43,717 bases of DNA from a virus (lineage: Duplodnaviria > Caudoviricetes): positions 1-43,717 of the IMG/VR virus record IMGVR_UViG_3300045000_000115, one strand, 5' to 3'. Below, one piece after another: positions 43,170 to 43,717 of this stretch (within the stretch, counting starts at the first letter, position 1; each line of letters starts with the position of its first letter). A program made the translations under genes and the position numbers. The notes beneath the pieces are model-generated. The model did no database searches, was not told where the DNA came from, and worked only from the letters and a program-made list of their open reading frames with translations.

Positions 43170-43677
43170 CAATCCCGGCCGCCTTACCCACCGCCCCGCC
43201 GCCGGCGGCCGGCGCTGTGCCCGCGGCTGGCGCCGTGCCCGCGGCTGGCGGTGCGCCCGCACGCGGCAGGCTCCGCGGCGCGGACGCCTGCCGTAGCTCG
43301 GCCACCAGCTGCTTGAGCGCCACCTGCTGCTGCCGGGCCTCCGACAGCAGTTGATCCACTTTCACGACGATCAGCACCGCGCCGCCGGCCTCGTACTCGC
43401 CCGCGTCGAACCGCAGCCACGCCCGCCCCTGCAGGTGCTCGTGCAGCTTGTCCAGCCGATCCGCGAGCCGGCCTGCCTCCTCTGCGAGCACGCGCTCCGA
43501 CGGTCCCAGACGATCACCCTCGCACAGATCCGCGTACAGCCGCTCACCCCGCGACCCGCTGACCTGCGGTGCGACGGATGCGACGGCGTCGTCGCACCGC
43601 GCCGGGTCACACATCGAGTGGTCACCGGCCCGGTGCCTGCGCGAACGCCGGTTGCGCTCTGTGCTCGTCAGCGCCAC
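43120..43677 (-). CDS. terS: Terminase small subunit
   Basis: EA.R.ADRLD.L...L.EARQQ...LKQL..ELR; directly upstream of terL. Confidence 0.8.
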   Translation of the reverse strand: MALTSTERNRRSRRHRAGDHSMCDPARCDDAVASVAPQVSGSRGERLYADLCEGDRLGPSERVLAEEAGRLADRLDKLHEHLQGRAWLRFDAGEYEAGGAVLIVVKVDQLLSEARQQQVALKQLVAELRQASAPRSLPRAGAPPAAGTAPAAGTAPAAGGGAVGKAAGIGDLAAKLAQRRSSSPA

Positions 43678-43717
43678 CGGCCGCCGCCACCGGGAGCGCG
43701 GGGGGAGAGACGGAGAC

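Larger units (their letters stand above)
1..43717 (-). mobile_element. Temperate actinobacteriophage genome (siphovirus-type, HK97-like head), apparently complete
   Basis: Canonical order terS-terL-portal-protease-capsid-tail-TMP-lysis, with integrase/repressor, an early arm and HNH; no host housekeeping genes seen. Confidence 0.95.

Noticed and set aside
43217-43250. 18-bp repeat in the terS tail as a packaging signal
   Set aside because: It simply encodes a PAAGTA low-complexity linker; no further support

Overview
The window looks like one essentially complete genome of a temperate, siphovirus-type phage of a high-GC actinomycete. It is shown in reverse and is apparently opened between the HNH gene and the small terminase gene, i.e. 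near a cos end. Reading the minus strand from the right end gives terS, terL, portal, prohead protease, HK97-type capsid, head-tail and tail genes with a chaperone frameshift, tape measure and minor tail proteins, then a lysis cassette. One tail protein carries tandem PL7 alginate-lyase-like and GH16 domains. An accessory island at about 15.0-21.1 kb holds an XRE-DUF5753 / DUF6879 / small Cys protein / SAM-methyltransferase module and a second BldC-like protein. Next come a compact repressor-integrase switch with a BldC/Xis-like Cro and an early arm of small genes, including a J-domain protein, a replication initiator with internal DnaA boxes and iterons, RusA and a methyltransferase. The left end has a HicA-like/HTH pair, a displaced r1t-type holin and the HNH endonuclease. 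All family calls come from motifs and synteny read by eye; no database search was run.
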